Positions 24,859 through 39,227 of a stretch of 64,000 nt of DNA are shown here, in pieces. The stretch is taken from positions 1 to 64,000 of the forward strand of contig NOWV01000240.1 of assembly GCA_003344405.1 (NCBI GenBank), in the 5' to 3' direction. Origin of the DNA: Trichoplax sp. H2 (lineage: Eukaryota). Every line of letters starts with the position of its first letter. The stretch's first letter is position 1. The notes beneath the pieces are model-generated. The model worked only from the letters and a program-made list of their open reading frames with translations. It had not been told where the DNA came from and searched no databases. Position numbers and translations under genes: made by a program.

Positions 24859-26626
24859 ATTCTACTTTCTAATTTAAGAGCATTAAATTGAATAGATACC
24901 GATTTTAAAGTGATATAGGATTTAATCATAATATTAATTTTAGCCAGTGATGGCAACAGCGTTTATGGGCCGGTATAGAATTAATAAAAATATTTTATGT
25001 TTTACTTATTCATCGGTAATTTTCCACGTTGCCCGCACGATGTGTTAGAGTATTTACTATAATTGATGTGCTTTATTATTTCGAATACATTACTTTAAAA
25101 TGGAACTAATGTAGATCTACCATTTAACTTCTAAATAAAACTAGCCTTGCTTGATTTCTCCTGCCAGTAGCTAAATAGTTGCAATCACTTGTATTCATAT
25201 ATGATACAAAAGTATAGACCCTTAAATTTAGCAGTCTGCTAGAGAACTGAGGATACCGGGCAAGGATATATTTACTAATTCAATTTATAACTATTACCAA
25301 TTCCTATGCAAGCTAACGAGTGGATGAAAATTGAACGATCCTAGATCATAAAAACCTAAACTATCGACATCTTTTTGTTGTTAACTTCTTTAGTCATCTT
25401 ATTTATTCGCTATGAAACTAATAATTGTAGCTTAGCTTAAAGCAAATTTCAAAAAAAAAGTCTTACTTTTGCTTTTCTGTAGGTTACATACTGCATAAAT
25501 GGGAATTCTCTCATTAAATAATGTAATTCACCAAGAGCTGTAATGAAACGATCACAGTGTCTTTGATCTTCTAATGCATTTTAGTTAGTGGCACAAAGCA
25601 AATCCATGAAAAGTTCTATTGCAAACCATATTTTTAAACTTGAGATAAAGATTTTATTTCCTTATTATCAATAAGCGCTAACTTCAATGCTACACTTTAC
25701 AGTAGTTATCCAAAATGATATGCAAAAAAAACGATAAAACGCTCCATCGTGCTATAACAATCTATACAATAATTGTAATATAGACGAATAGATTAATACA
25801 TTTGTAGAAAATTGATTGCATAGGTAATGCAAACGAATAATATCTTGCACTGATTGCTATCATTTTAGCGGATTTTAATTGTACGATATTGTGCAGCGTA
25901 TCAAGACCTAGTCAGATTTAGCCACAAGTCTTGTATGATCAATATGATACATTATAGATTGCATGATTTCCAATGTTCCTGGCAAATTTTGCCAGCCTTA
26001 ACTCTAAATTTTAAAATTACCGATACTCAATAGATAAAAGAGAAAGTTTAAATCATGTTCATTTTTGATTGTGTAATAATCCATTTGTGCAGCATTCTCA
26101 GAATTAAAATGAATTCAATGTTGAACTAGATACTTCATAGACTTTATAAGATAAAATTTGGAGCAATAATATTCAGTAAATATATCCAAAACTTTCAACA
26201 TCCAAAATGGAACAATTTTAAAAAATAACTGAAGTAAAATAAAATAAACTGGCTTGACTGTGTTATCGTCTGTTGCCTTCAAGTAAAATTTAACTTCATT
26301 GCTTGCGTATTACCAGATTTACAAGATACGAATGATTTTAAGGTATTAATTTTAGATAGAGATTTGTAAAGTTAAGCTAAGGACAATTCTAGGCTTGACA
26401 GATAATATTGTTTCAATATTAAAATTGAAAGATTTGAAATTTTCAAATTAAGACGATCTTTAACTCTAGAGAATATCTTATTCACAGGATCCATATGGCT
26501 ATTATATATTTCAGAAAATGTGATGATTTAATATATCGTATATTACTATAGAATCTGTACGATCTTTGTAAGCGCCTTTTATAGGACAAGTAATTATATT
26601 TATGAAGTAATTAAAGAATAGTGCGA

Positions 26627-29600
26627 TCAATTAAAGATAACTGTAGTTGTTCTTCGCCTGATCTTTCGAGCAAAGATAAGCAATCCAACCGTTGTTATAA
26701 CTGCAATACAGCTTAAGGCAATAATGATGATACTGTAGAATGACAGTTGGCCTTGATTATTCTGATCCATATCATCAGTTTTTATTGGTACTTGACTCGG
26801 AACTGAAGCTCGTGAATGTTCATAATCAATTTGTTTCTCCAAATAGCCGTTCCAAAAATTGTTACCATTAGCGTTATGTAATGTGATTATTCTCGATGGG
26901 GAATTGACACAATAATATTGCTTGGTTGATTTTTTATATCGTGGCCAAATGAGATGGTTGCCCATTTCAGCGTTAGGCGATCTAGTTCAAGAATAAATGC
27001 AAACTTTTGAAACGATACATGATACTGTAATTTAATAGCTAAAAACTGTTTCATAGCATTTTATAACTATTAATTGATGATTAGAATACTGCAACAATCT
27101 TATCTTATCTCACTGTAGTAACTTGTGATCAAGTAGATTTATAGTTATCGTATTTAATACCTTAGATCTTTCATATGCTATTTAAATTTAAAGCTAATAC
27201 CGCCAAATTTGATTCATTAACAACATAATTCGTAACAGTTTAAATTTTAAATAATGACTGTCTTATGACAAATCTATTATTTCTACCGCAATGATTCTAA
27301 CTCGAAGTTGGTTTGTAATCTTTATATTTTTTTATAGTTTTTACTTTATATAGTAGATTTACATTCGAGTGATTCTCCCGGAATTTAATGTAGATCGATT
27401 TACTTTATAGGCGTATGGGTTTTAAGTGGTCATTTTACATTCATTGCTTCATTAAGTATTCGTAACCGTCTGTTTTAAATGTTCTCTATGTACTACTAGT
27501 ATAAATTTTGTAAATAGTTTTCCTTTTAAACTATTTTATTGTACTATAGAAGAGCAACGCCTAGTTTCTACTCGTAAATCTTAAGTTACAGTATTTGTTT
27601 TATAAATTGTTTATAAATGTGAAGAGTAGAATTTTTAGCAGATTTTCCATTTCAAATCTTTCTTTTCGTCATTTGAGAGCAAAATTAAACTTGCTAAAGT
27701 ATAATAACTGACTGAGGATGGATGTTGCAACTGGTTGTAGAGATCGATGAGACTTTAGACTTAAAAAATTAGAGGTAGACGCTTGATAATGTAAATTATA
27801 TTTAACTCACTCATCAGCGAATCTATAGGCTACTATATCTTTTAGCTGTTTAACTATCGAGCATATATATATCGAATATGAATGCGTACAAAATTTTGCG
27901 CTCGCTACTCTCACGCGATTAATCCTTTATTAATTTTCAATAAAAAATGTGAACCTTCATCTACTGGACATTAAAAATGCGTAGTAGTAGCCAGAAATTC
28001 ATCGTCTATAAATCCTAATTACTACCGAAGAATATTAAGATCGCGTATACATGTCATCCAAAAAAATATGCTCGATAGACTTGTTGGTTGATTTCTAGAA
28101 TTGTTTCAGAATAGATCTTGCGTGCATCAATCCATCTCCTTTATTTACAGCCCTTAAGCTAATCATTCGTTTATAAAAGAGCATCTAGCTGCGATATGAT
28201 ATCACTGTACTCAATATTCTAGTATCCTAAGAACTCCTCTTTTATATTGATGATGAATGTTAAAACGAAATATAAGATCAATTTACTTTGGATAGATTGA
28301 AAAGCACCTAAGAGAAGTTCATTCAGCAATTAAGGTTACATTACCATTGCACTACTCTATGAAAAATCAATATACAACCTACCCATGATGGATAAAATTG
28401 CCCCATAATGACATTACTTCAAGGCTAACTTGACGATCAGTCATAGTATAGGCGGTAGCATAGTAATTGGGTTTGGCGACGGGATAACCGAAAACATATG
28501 GTATCTCCATTGTATTACTAACGCCTAACTGTGAAGGATAATATGGATCGGGATTGCTGCCACGATAGGAATATAAGTAGACGAAAGTACTGGTAGATGA
28601 ATCTCTAGAATAAATGTTGGCGATATACTCTGTTGGTGCGGCGTATAAGCTATCGGTTATTAATTTGTCAGCTTGTCGTAAATTGAATATTGGCGATGAA
28701 ACATTTTGCCAGTTAGTATATTCATGAATGATTGCTCGTCGTATTGCGTGATTGAATTCATCAAATAAAGTATCGATTAAGAGTAGGAAGATATCACGAT
28801 GTATGCCTTGATTTTGATGTGGTAATTGTTGTATCAATTTAGCGCTATCATTTAAGTTATAACCAACGATTAAATTGACTTTCTTAAAATTGCCTTGATC
28901 AAGTAGAATTCTTGGGTGATCTCGTATCAGTACACCATCGACTACATATTTAAAAAATCGCCAATATTGTTGGGTTAAAACTTTTTGACCTTGGAAAAGT
29001 TTCCGAGTGCTTAAGCGTTGTAAGCAATTTACTTGTTGAGTAACGGTATGATTTTGACCCAGACATCCAACTTCTGCAACAAATAGACGAAAGATAGATC
29101 GAGCTTTATGGATATTAGACTCAATAGTATGTACCATACGTACATTGCCACTCTGTAGAATTAAATTATGGATATAATTATAACTTGATGGGATAAGGGT
29201 ATGCAATTGAGCAGCAGTAGCACCTAAGCCATCGCCACCGACTGTTACTGCTCTAGGATTGCCACCAAAGTGATCAATATTGTCTTGTACCCAGCGTAGA
29301 GCAACTTGTTGATCAAGTAGAGCAATATTAGCTGGAATTTGACGACCATGACTTTTTAATTCTGCTGTTGTTAGAAAACCGAAAACTCCTAGACGATAAT
29401 TGAAGGTAACAACGACTACATTAGCTTGACTTGCTAACGTTGTGGCCATCCATCGACTACCACTTCCTTCTGTCGACGATGTTCCGTCAATCCAAACAAA
29501 AACAGGCAATTTATCTGTCTTATTTAATGATGGTGTAAAAACATTTAAATACAGGCAGTCTTCATGGATATTAGCTTGAGCTGTAGTTGGATTAGTCCAC

Positions 29601-29887
29601 GGAATTGGTGTTGGTTGAATACAGGATGGCTTATATAAACGGGCATCGTAGCGTCGAATTCTTCCACTACTTTGAGGAATAGGTTGTGGTGCTTGAAAGC
29701 GGTATTTCCCTAATGGAGGTATAGCATAAGGTAAACCAAGAAAGAATGATACCTGCTTACCATTGATTATTCCACTTCTACCGATAACATCGCCATAATT
29801 TGTCGTGACTATAACGCTAGAAAATGATTGTGTTATTAACGAGTTAATAACGATGGAGAAGAGGATAAAAAAACTCGTTAGTTTCAT
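26627..29887 (-). CDS. C7: catalytically dead cholinesterase-like type-I membrane protein, neuroligin/CLAM-like (exon1 29887-28383, exon2 26981-26627; ~619 aa)
   Basis: Fold motifs intact (LGLPY.PP, EDCLYLN, NYRLG.FGF, WGNF) but GDGLG at the nucleophile, GVSNTME at the His and DGTSS at the oxyanion loop; GG|GTAGGT...CTAG|A; TM and tail RKIRRRTTTVIFN. Confidence 0.9.
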
Positions 29888-32800
29888 AATTTATCCACTT
29901 TTTAACGATGTCTACATGTTATAATAATTTCATTTGTTATCATTATTTTATCTCGTAAGTAGCTAGTTATCGATGAATATGGTGGCCATTACAGTATAAA
30001 AAAAATATGGAATGCTTCTGGCCCTAACAGAATGCGGTAATCTGTTTTATACTGAATTATTGATGATCCTCATAATGTAAATAGAGGTGATATATTTGTA
30101 TGACATAGAAATTGCTGATATTTATGATTCACAATCTCCATTTATAATTAAATAAGAATAATAGCTTCAGACAATTGAATAATATCAAACATATTGGTTC
30201 AATTTTAGCCAATCAATTTATTTTACAATCTAAATTGAATCAATAATATTAAATTTTTATTACAATAAAGTAAGTAGATTATTGTTTAACTTTCATACGT
30301 TTACATCAGTTATAGTCATGCTAAAAACAGATTCAGATAAAGTGATATACAGATAGAAAAGGATGTACCTCTATTATCATACTTGTTAGCTTAACGAGAT
30401 ACTTATAATAACTGATTACATTATCAACAGATTGCATTCGCTTTATTGTTTTTACCTCAGATACATGGTGCGACCTTGAGCGTTTACGTATAAGCTGAGT
30501 CTCGGTTAATAGTTTCATATGTGATGAAATATTCTGTTGTGTTACCATTATTTACTAAAATCTCTATTCTGTATGTATCTGTAAATGACACCAGAGCATT
30601 TCATACATTGTCATACTAGATTATTCGCCATTAATAATAATTTCTGTTGGAAAGGACATCGTCCATGGATAATTAAGACCAAGATACTTTTCAAGGTAAT
30701 CGCAACTTCCGTGATGATTGAATTCAATGATATATTTCATAAATTAATTATTCGTTTAATTAGTTATAATTGTATCTATTCAACTCTATCTTGAATTTAA
30801 ATAACACTGATATACTTGTATAAATAAGGTTGGCTATGGATCAATCAACACAACTGACATCAAGTTTGAAAAGGGTTATAGTCATCGCAATTGTGCAGCT
30901 TTAATCCTTGGTTAAATTGTCATCTAATACCCTTGAAGTTTAATAATTCTTTTAAGTTATTATTCTGACTATAAATTGTCCTTACATGGAGTTCTTGGCC
31001 TATGAATTGCAATAAGACTTATTAATAATACTACAACTATCTCAGAAAGAGACCATAGCTCTAATCATAGATCACCATGGGTCCGCCTCTGTACACAATC
31101 TGATATTTTTATTATAAATAACTATCCAATATCATGTTCAATGCACTGGCTTATCATAAGATAGGAAATAATAAAATGGTAGCTCATAAGGGATTTTATG
31201 AAAAATGATATTCATGATTTATTTAGATGAGTTGTTTCTAAATAATAAAAAACTCTTGTGGTTAAAGCTTAATAGGATAGTCGATTTTATGCATGATTTA
31301 AAAAGATTATGTATAGAGATAGCAGATGGTAAAGTGATAAGTAAAATTTAACGTAGCATACTTGTCAATGTATTAAATCTTACTGATCATGCTTACCTTG
31401 TTCTATTTGAGTTGACTTTTAATACAGTTTCTATCTGTGTATTTCGTATATTTGTAAAGCAAAGTAGTGAAATTATGATATAGTATAAGATTTAGGGCCG
31501 TAACTTGTGTAAATGAAAGATTTGTGTAGCAGCTAAAATAGGCTTATTAATATTTTTCAATTTTGCAGACCTTGTTAATCTTGTATTTCTTATTTATATA
31601 TACTGACTTTGCTACGCCTTAGATTAATAACAATATAATGAAATGATGAAATTGATATAAAATAAGATTTAAAATCGATGAAACGATGACGTGTAAACAA
31701 TACGTGATGAAGTAGTAAAAATAGCTAATCCGAGCAGTACCTATTCAATAAAGTGAGTCTTGTTAATCACCTACGTTATATTTATGCTGATTTTTGTGCT
31801 ACATATGACTAAAGCCATATATATATATATATTGTGCATCTTGCAAAATAAAGCGGAAAGTAGGAAATGAGAAATTTGAGGTATTTCATAAATTTAAAGA
31901 GCAATAACACCAGTAAGTGGTGAATGATTAAATAATAAAGTTAAAAACACCCATACCTTTAATGAATATTATAGACCATGCCAACTATACACACTATCAT
32001 CTATTTATGCCAATTTAAGGCGTATGTAAATTATGCGATATTCTATATTGTAAAATAACATTTGACACTACATAAAGAAATAAGGACGATAATAATTGTA
32101 AATGGATGATAAAGCTGATAATAAAGTTAAGCATTCTTCCAATCCTGTGTAACAGATTTCAATAAGCAGGTACCGTGTGTCTTATGTTATGGTGTTTTTG
32201 CCAACTAAAATGTAGTTTACACTGTACAATATACATATTGCATGTATATTCTAGGTTATAAAGTAAATTATAGTACTGTGCAGGATCTAAGAACGATAAT
32301 ATGTGTGAATAGAAAATGATAAAGTAGTGCATAAATCCAAACACAGTTCTTGAATGCTTTAAATCTTTTTATGATATTCATGCACGTACATGTATTTCAT
32401 TTACGTGAACTTTTAAAGTTTATAGATTCTATGTTTACGAGTATAAGGCCTCATTACGACATTAATCGTATTATATATGTCAAGTTAAACTAATGAATAC
32501 TAAGGTAAGGTGGATTGACTAGTATTTATTACCCTATGAGATACCAGTATATTCCTATATACTGAATTCTGCAAGAGTAATCGAAGATAGATTTTATTTA
32601 TATTTATATTGTACATTAGCATAAAATCATGTTATGTTATATTTAATACGGATTAATACACCTTTGCTATATTCATTTCAAGTATTAACCCACTATTTCG
32701 AAATGAGAGGAATAAACTATGGACATAGTATCAATTACAGTTCGGTGCTTTTTATTATAAGGCATGACATATTTTTAGATCTTTATAGAGTAACTATCAT

Positions 32801-34834
32801 TATATTATCATAGACATGAAGTTCACCCACATCATCGATTCGAAAAAGGAATGGAAACATTGCTGATTAGCGCAATTCATGAATAAAGGAGGTGATGAAT
32901 ACACTAATGGTATAATAATTACTTGCACTGTGATGTAATGAGCAAGGAGCTATATTATAGCCATCAACTAAAAATAGAGGAGAAACTTGAGATTGTTTAT
33001 TTATATGACGTCAGTTGAATAAAATATTCCTAACGCAGCCTTCTTAAACGATTACTGCATACCATGAGTAAATATCATGCTCCAATTTTTTGTCCAAGCA
33101 CTACATGATACGATTGTAATGAACATATTAGGAATGTAGCAAAAAGCTCCAAGACTAATTCTGTTCTCGCTTCAGATACTTTCTATATAACTTAATGAAA
33201 TATATTGCTTCCCAAAGGCATTTAAGTCATTCTATTATTGGTACTACACTGCTAAAAATTCAAAATCGTTTAATTGGACATGTTTTGATCCCGCAACAAA
33301 GCTCATGTGACATTTCCAAGATAATGGCAGATATAAATAGATTTGAGAATCGCAAATAATGTAGCATATAGTAGTTAATCAACATAATTATGATGCTTAT
33401 TTGATACGTAGCTGCTAAAGCTATGAAGATGTTATCATAAAAAAGTTCTTGCTAAGAAAATGTCTAAGTTAGAAAAGGTTCAGCATAAGATATCCTAGCT
33501 AAGATATTCCTATAATTTTTGACTTTAAAACTGAGTAGATATGGTCGTGAAAGTATCTTTATAAAACTCGTAAATACTAGACATGGAGATGATCCAGCAT
33601 GCAATAATTAATTAAACATAATCTAGTAATAATTATAAAATATTCAGCACCCGAAAACTAGCTGGTATAACTGCAGTTATACAGAAGCTGTTATTTAGTG
33701 GATCCTAAAATCGCAGAGAATCTGATACTTAGTAATTAATTAAACCATAGTTATGACACTTACTAAAGATTTGGTATTAAAACTGTACAACCATAGCTAC
33801 AGCTAACTCAATATTAGCTAGCTGTAATCATAGAGAACTCTTGACATTATTAATAAATTTGTATGATAGCTGATTTAATCTAGTTTTAAACCCTTTAGGC
33901 TCAAGGCTATATAACTGTACTACGCAAAAGCTCTTGTTGATGTTTATGATGGTTGATTGAATGCAATTTGCATACGCCTTAAGTATGCCAGTATACTAAT
34001 GTATTGAAACTACACTTGAACTATCATTTGATCATTTGCAGATATAAAAACAAAAAGAAGCTCCTACTAAGGGAAACTACTATATGTTATTATATTTGAT
34101 CATTGTGAATTAATTGATAGTAAACTAATTTAATTTAATTTTAAAGTATGGAATATAACCCAAAAGTAAAATTATATCCTATCTTTACTTAATTTGTGTA
34201 TGTTGGAAAATGATAGAACAGAATCGAATAATTAACAGGTAGATCTAGATTTTATTCAAGTTCAGTCCATTATTACGATTCAATCCATTAGAACAACTAG
34301 ATCTTTCATACTTTAATTGTTAATTGAGAATGTATCATTGCAGTGTTTAATAAGTTTATCAAGTCGATTAATTTAGAATCTATTTATTCCTTGTTGTAGC
34401 TTGATAAATTTGATGATAAGAAATTATTATATTTGACTAATTTCTTTACAGGCATAGTCATAGCATAATAATGATTAATAAATGCGTGATGAATTATTTC
34501 TACTGGTAATATCAGCCTACTATCAATTGCACGTATAAAAAGTATTGGCAGGATGAAAACTCTGTCGTAATAGTGCATAATTTATATGAAATAATAGACT
34601 CTATCTTGTTTACTTAAGTATTACTGAAAGCTTGTTATTGCTTAAAAGATTCACACGTATTCATAAATTCATACATATTGCTTGAATGATTATTATGTAC
34701 AAACACAATTCATCCTTTTTGGTGTATGGTATCATTGCACTCTCTGCATTTGCATTCAATTTATCGGAGACGCTAGATAATTGATAACGTATAATATCTT
34801 AGATATGCTACAATACATATAATTTGACTGTCTT

Positions 34835-37800
34835 TCAAGCAACAGCTGTTTTAGATTTTTTTAATTTGATGATTAGAATAATGATAATTATAATTAACAC
34901 TCCAATTATGCCAGCTAGTGCAAATGTACAAATCATAAAGATTGTTTTCATCATTTGAATATCACTACATGACTGTGCTTGAGTGGGATAGCTTGTATCG
35001 TGAGTGGTAGTTTGAGCTCGAGTTGGTATATCAGAAGTAGAAAGTGATGATTCGCTAAAATCTATTGGAAAAGGTGACATACTTCCGCTCCCAGTCACAT
35101 CATCGTCGAAAGTAGAAGTGCTGTTTTCTATGAGGATTATAGGGGAAGAAAGATTACTTGATTGCGTTGTGGTAAAATTAGGGCTGTTCGTTGACAGATT
35201 ACTTGGCTGAGTTACAGTGGAACAAGGACTAGATGTTCCGATCTGAAGTGGAATGTTAATTTGCGGAATCAATGTATTCCAAAATTCCACTCTATCAGCA
35301 ATGTAGAAACTGCGTATTTCAGAGTTCACAGTATTAATATAGCAATATAAACGGGTATCTGCTACATAGGGCTGCCAGTTGATAGTTGAAACTCTTGATA
35401 TTGGAGATCTGTAATTACAATCATTGGTCTTAGATATTTATCGAGCATTGCTAAATGGTAAAAATTAATATTAACACAGTGATTATTTAGGTAAAAATTT
35501 TCTGTGCTAGCTCAGACATCTAAAATCCACTATTAATTCTAAAGAAACATTAAATTGTCGTTATGGTAATTAGCCATCAGAATTTCTGATGACCTAGGTG
35601 AGACTACGAAGCTGTAACTTAAACTTATAGCGATAAAAACTATCAGTCAAGTAATACAATCATCCGACAAGATTCTACTAAATATACCGTTCGTCTATGT
35701 CATGAAATTTTAAAACAGAATTACTTTTTCCATCTACGAGACTGTTTTGTGTTCCTTAAGAAAAAATAGACAGAACTACTGGAGTGTTACATCAAGTTTG
35801 ATCTATTTTTAGTAATTATATTTATACAAAAAATGTATCCGAATAAGGACTACCGTGGAAAAATATTAAATCAAGTCAGATCGGACAAATATGGTAGACT
35901 AGAGAAAAAACCTATGTCCTAATAGTATTTCAGAAGCTAGGCGCAGACTTTCTTGTTAAGTATACCTAACTAATGGAACTTTGATTTTTAGCATGCTAAT
36001 CTATGATTTGGGCCGTTTTTCCTATTTAAACGTTGTCCTCGATAGTTCGATACGATTAAAATAATCATTGATAAGTATTACTAGATGGAACTAGATTACT
36101 TGATATATGAAGTAGATTGCAATTCAGTAACTGATTTGAGTAAAAAGTCATAGCAAATCATGATGTGCTTAATATTAATTCGAGAACTCTTTTTTGCTGC
36201 AATCATAGCATGTCAAAAATTTTGTATATATTCAGGTCGGTACATGAAGTATTGTATAGCTATACTGCTAATATCCTTAAAATTAACTTCAGGATAGGCT
36301 TTGTGGAATAAATGCCATTATAGAATTAAAGTTATGTCAGCTCTAGTTGTCGAACAGTATTCCATTACCTTGTTTTCTTCTGGAGTTTATGTAGCTATAA
36401 GAAATAGGTAGGGAAATTATGACGTGGTCTTTTCGACTATACAGCAAAGGTTTACCTAATTTTAATAGGGCGGGACGCATATTAACGAAATATAACAAAA
36501 CTGGCTGATTTGGAAGTTACGTTACTGTATATGTTCTATGATTTTAGCTGCCTGATTACACGTACGATTGGCATGAATTGTATGTACTTATACCTATAAA
36601 TTTAAATAGTTGTAAAGTACACTGTTATAAAACTCGAATTAATTTTTTCGAATATAGCAGCAACAAAAGATATTCAAAATTGTTTTTATATCATGGACTT
36701 TAAGTCACATTTACGTTCGTTACGAGGTCGCTATATTTGTATCTGATGTCATCATTAAGTGATATACGATAGCTACAAACATAATTTTAAACTGGTCATG
36801 ATTGTACCGTAAATTTTGCATGCTGCATGGATAGTTTAAAGAAATGTAATGATATATTTCTAGTATCTGATCTGTAAAAGGATATTTAAGGATGATTTTG
36901 GCAGTCATTTAAACTAGTAGTTAGAGAAGTTGTGCCCTTAAAGAAGGTCTGTGGTATAAATGCAGCAAAGCGCCATAATTTAATTTGGATATTTGCTTAC
37001 TGAAGTTGATTTACAGTATTTATCGTAACCAACATCATCAATTCATCAGATTATGTTTAAAGTTATTGTTATGGTGATGACTTGTAACTTTTCAACACAT
37101 AAATTTAATCGGATAAACTAAAATGATCAATAAGAAGCTTTAAAACCTTAAATACAAATGGAATTTACGATACCAAATCTGCCTGTAAAGACCACTTTAT
37201 AATTTAAACTGTATATTGAATCCAGTAATGTTATAGCAAATAGGCAGTATGCGTTTCTTTATTAGAAATTATGACTAGCCCAATTGCATACAAATGAAGT
37301 TATTGAATAGCCTTATTACATTAATGACTTACCTATCATAGATAAAACTTCCCCAAAGTGACATTAAATGCTTACTAATTCTTTCTTCATGTTCAGTATA
37401 ATTTAATTTTAAGTTATTGGGTTTAAGTAATGGATAACCGAATACATAGGGAATTTCCATAGAATGAGCCACGCCATAATAGCTTGGAAAATAAGTATCA
37501 CTTTCAGTTCGGTAAGCAAAAACGTACATATAAGTAGTAACATAACTAGAATAAAGATTCGCTGTTTCAACAATGGGTTTAGCATAGTAATAATCATTGT
37601 ATAATTTCTCATATTCAGCACGATTACTAAATAATGACGTTTTATTTGTCCAGTCTGTGTATTTATAGATCATGGCTGATAAAGTGACGTTATTGAAATT
37701 GGAAAATTGTGCGACTATATTAGTTTTAAAAGCAGCTCTTGATAGCCCCTTGGTGATATTGGGTAAGGGGGCTAAATACTTGGAACCATCGTTCATATTG

Positions 37801-38831
37801 CTACCCAGCATAATTTGAACCTTGTTAAATTGGCCTGAAGAAAGGAGTACCTTAGGATCGTCAGGGATAAATTGGCCGTCAATAACAGGCGTAAAAGCTT
37901 GAGGAAATTGAGATAAAATAGCTTCTTGCTGTTGTGATATTGTACTGATTGATAGAGATTGTAAACATTCAATCGTTAAATTTAATGTATTACGGCTGCA
38001 ATTAGTAGCGCTTGTAAATTGTTGAAAAATAATTTGAGCTTGATTTTTAGTCTTGATAGCGTGGGGTGAGAGTGGTGTACCACTTTGTAGAATGGCAGAT
38101 GTAAATAATGATCCACTGCTTGGAATAACGGTGTGTAAACCTACTGAAATTGCTCCAGCTGAACTGCCAACAATCCCAATATCATTACTTCTACCACCAA
38201 ATCGGACAATATTGTCCTTGATCCATGTTAAAGCTAATTGTTGATCACGTAAGGCGAGATTAGCTGGAATTTCACTATCAGTATTGCTATCTTGTCCTGA
38301 AGTTAAGAAGCCTAAAGCTCCTAACCTATAATTAACAGTAACAATCACCATCTCTTCTGTACTTGCTAAAGCAGAAGGATCCCACAGTGATCCACTACCG
38401 CAATTAAAATCGCCGTTATGAAACCATACCAAGACAGATTTATTGCCAGCTACATTAGGGATAGGAGTATAAATATTCAAGTACAAGCAGTCTTCACTGA
38501 TAGGTTGGCTATTGAGGAGTTCCTTATTATAGTCTAGACAGTTCCATTTTGAGGAATATTGCGGGCACGATGATTTATAATATGTCGCATTGTATATGCC
38601 TTGCCAATTCTGTGTCCACGGCAAGGCTGGTTTAAATCTCAAATTATTGGTTGGTGGTTGAGCATAGCGAATGCCAAGGAATGAATGAATATCGCCATTT
38701 AAGATATGGCTGACTTTGCCTTGTACTAGGCCATGATTTGTAACGACAAAAGAAGTCGTACTAGCAAGATTTGATTTATTCAAGACTAGTATCAAGAATA
38801 GGGTTAAGGCTAAATTGTATCTATTCATCAT
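34835..38831 (-). CDS. C8: type-I membrane carboxylesterase-like protein with long S/T-rich stalk (exon1 38831-37333, exon2 35408-34835; ~690 aa)
   Basis: GSSAG, GSNMNDG, GVAHSME; atypical HNGDF; AG|GTAAGT...ACAG|A across a 1.9 kb intron gives RSPISRVSTINWQPY; TM and tail KLKKSKTAVA. Confidence 0.9.
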
Positions 38832-39227
38832 TGAGGAGAACTTTAAAATTTAAAAATCTATGGAAACAAATGTAGTTACTGTCTGCGAATATTGGCGACT
38901 GTGCTTTAAGATTTTTAAGATTTAAGTTTTTCTTGAACGGGCAAAAGGTTAAAAATTATAACTTGAAAATATTTTTGTTCAGTCCGATATTTTTTCTTGG
39001 ATATGTCCTACCAATCGCGATAACAGAATAAACAGAAGGCAAGACTTGTACAGTATAATAGAGATCAATCCCGATCATAAGGCCATCGAAATTAATAAAA
39101 ATCAGTAATGTAAATGGATTACAATTGGTTGTAGATTTTTACTGAGGGTAATTTATTCTGACTAGGGAAAAAGAAAATGATTTTTTTGGGGGGAATCTCA
39201 AAAAATGAATAGATCAGAACATAAATT

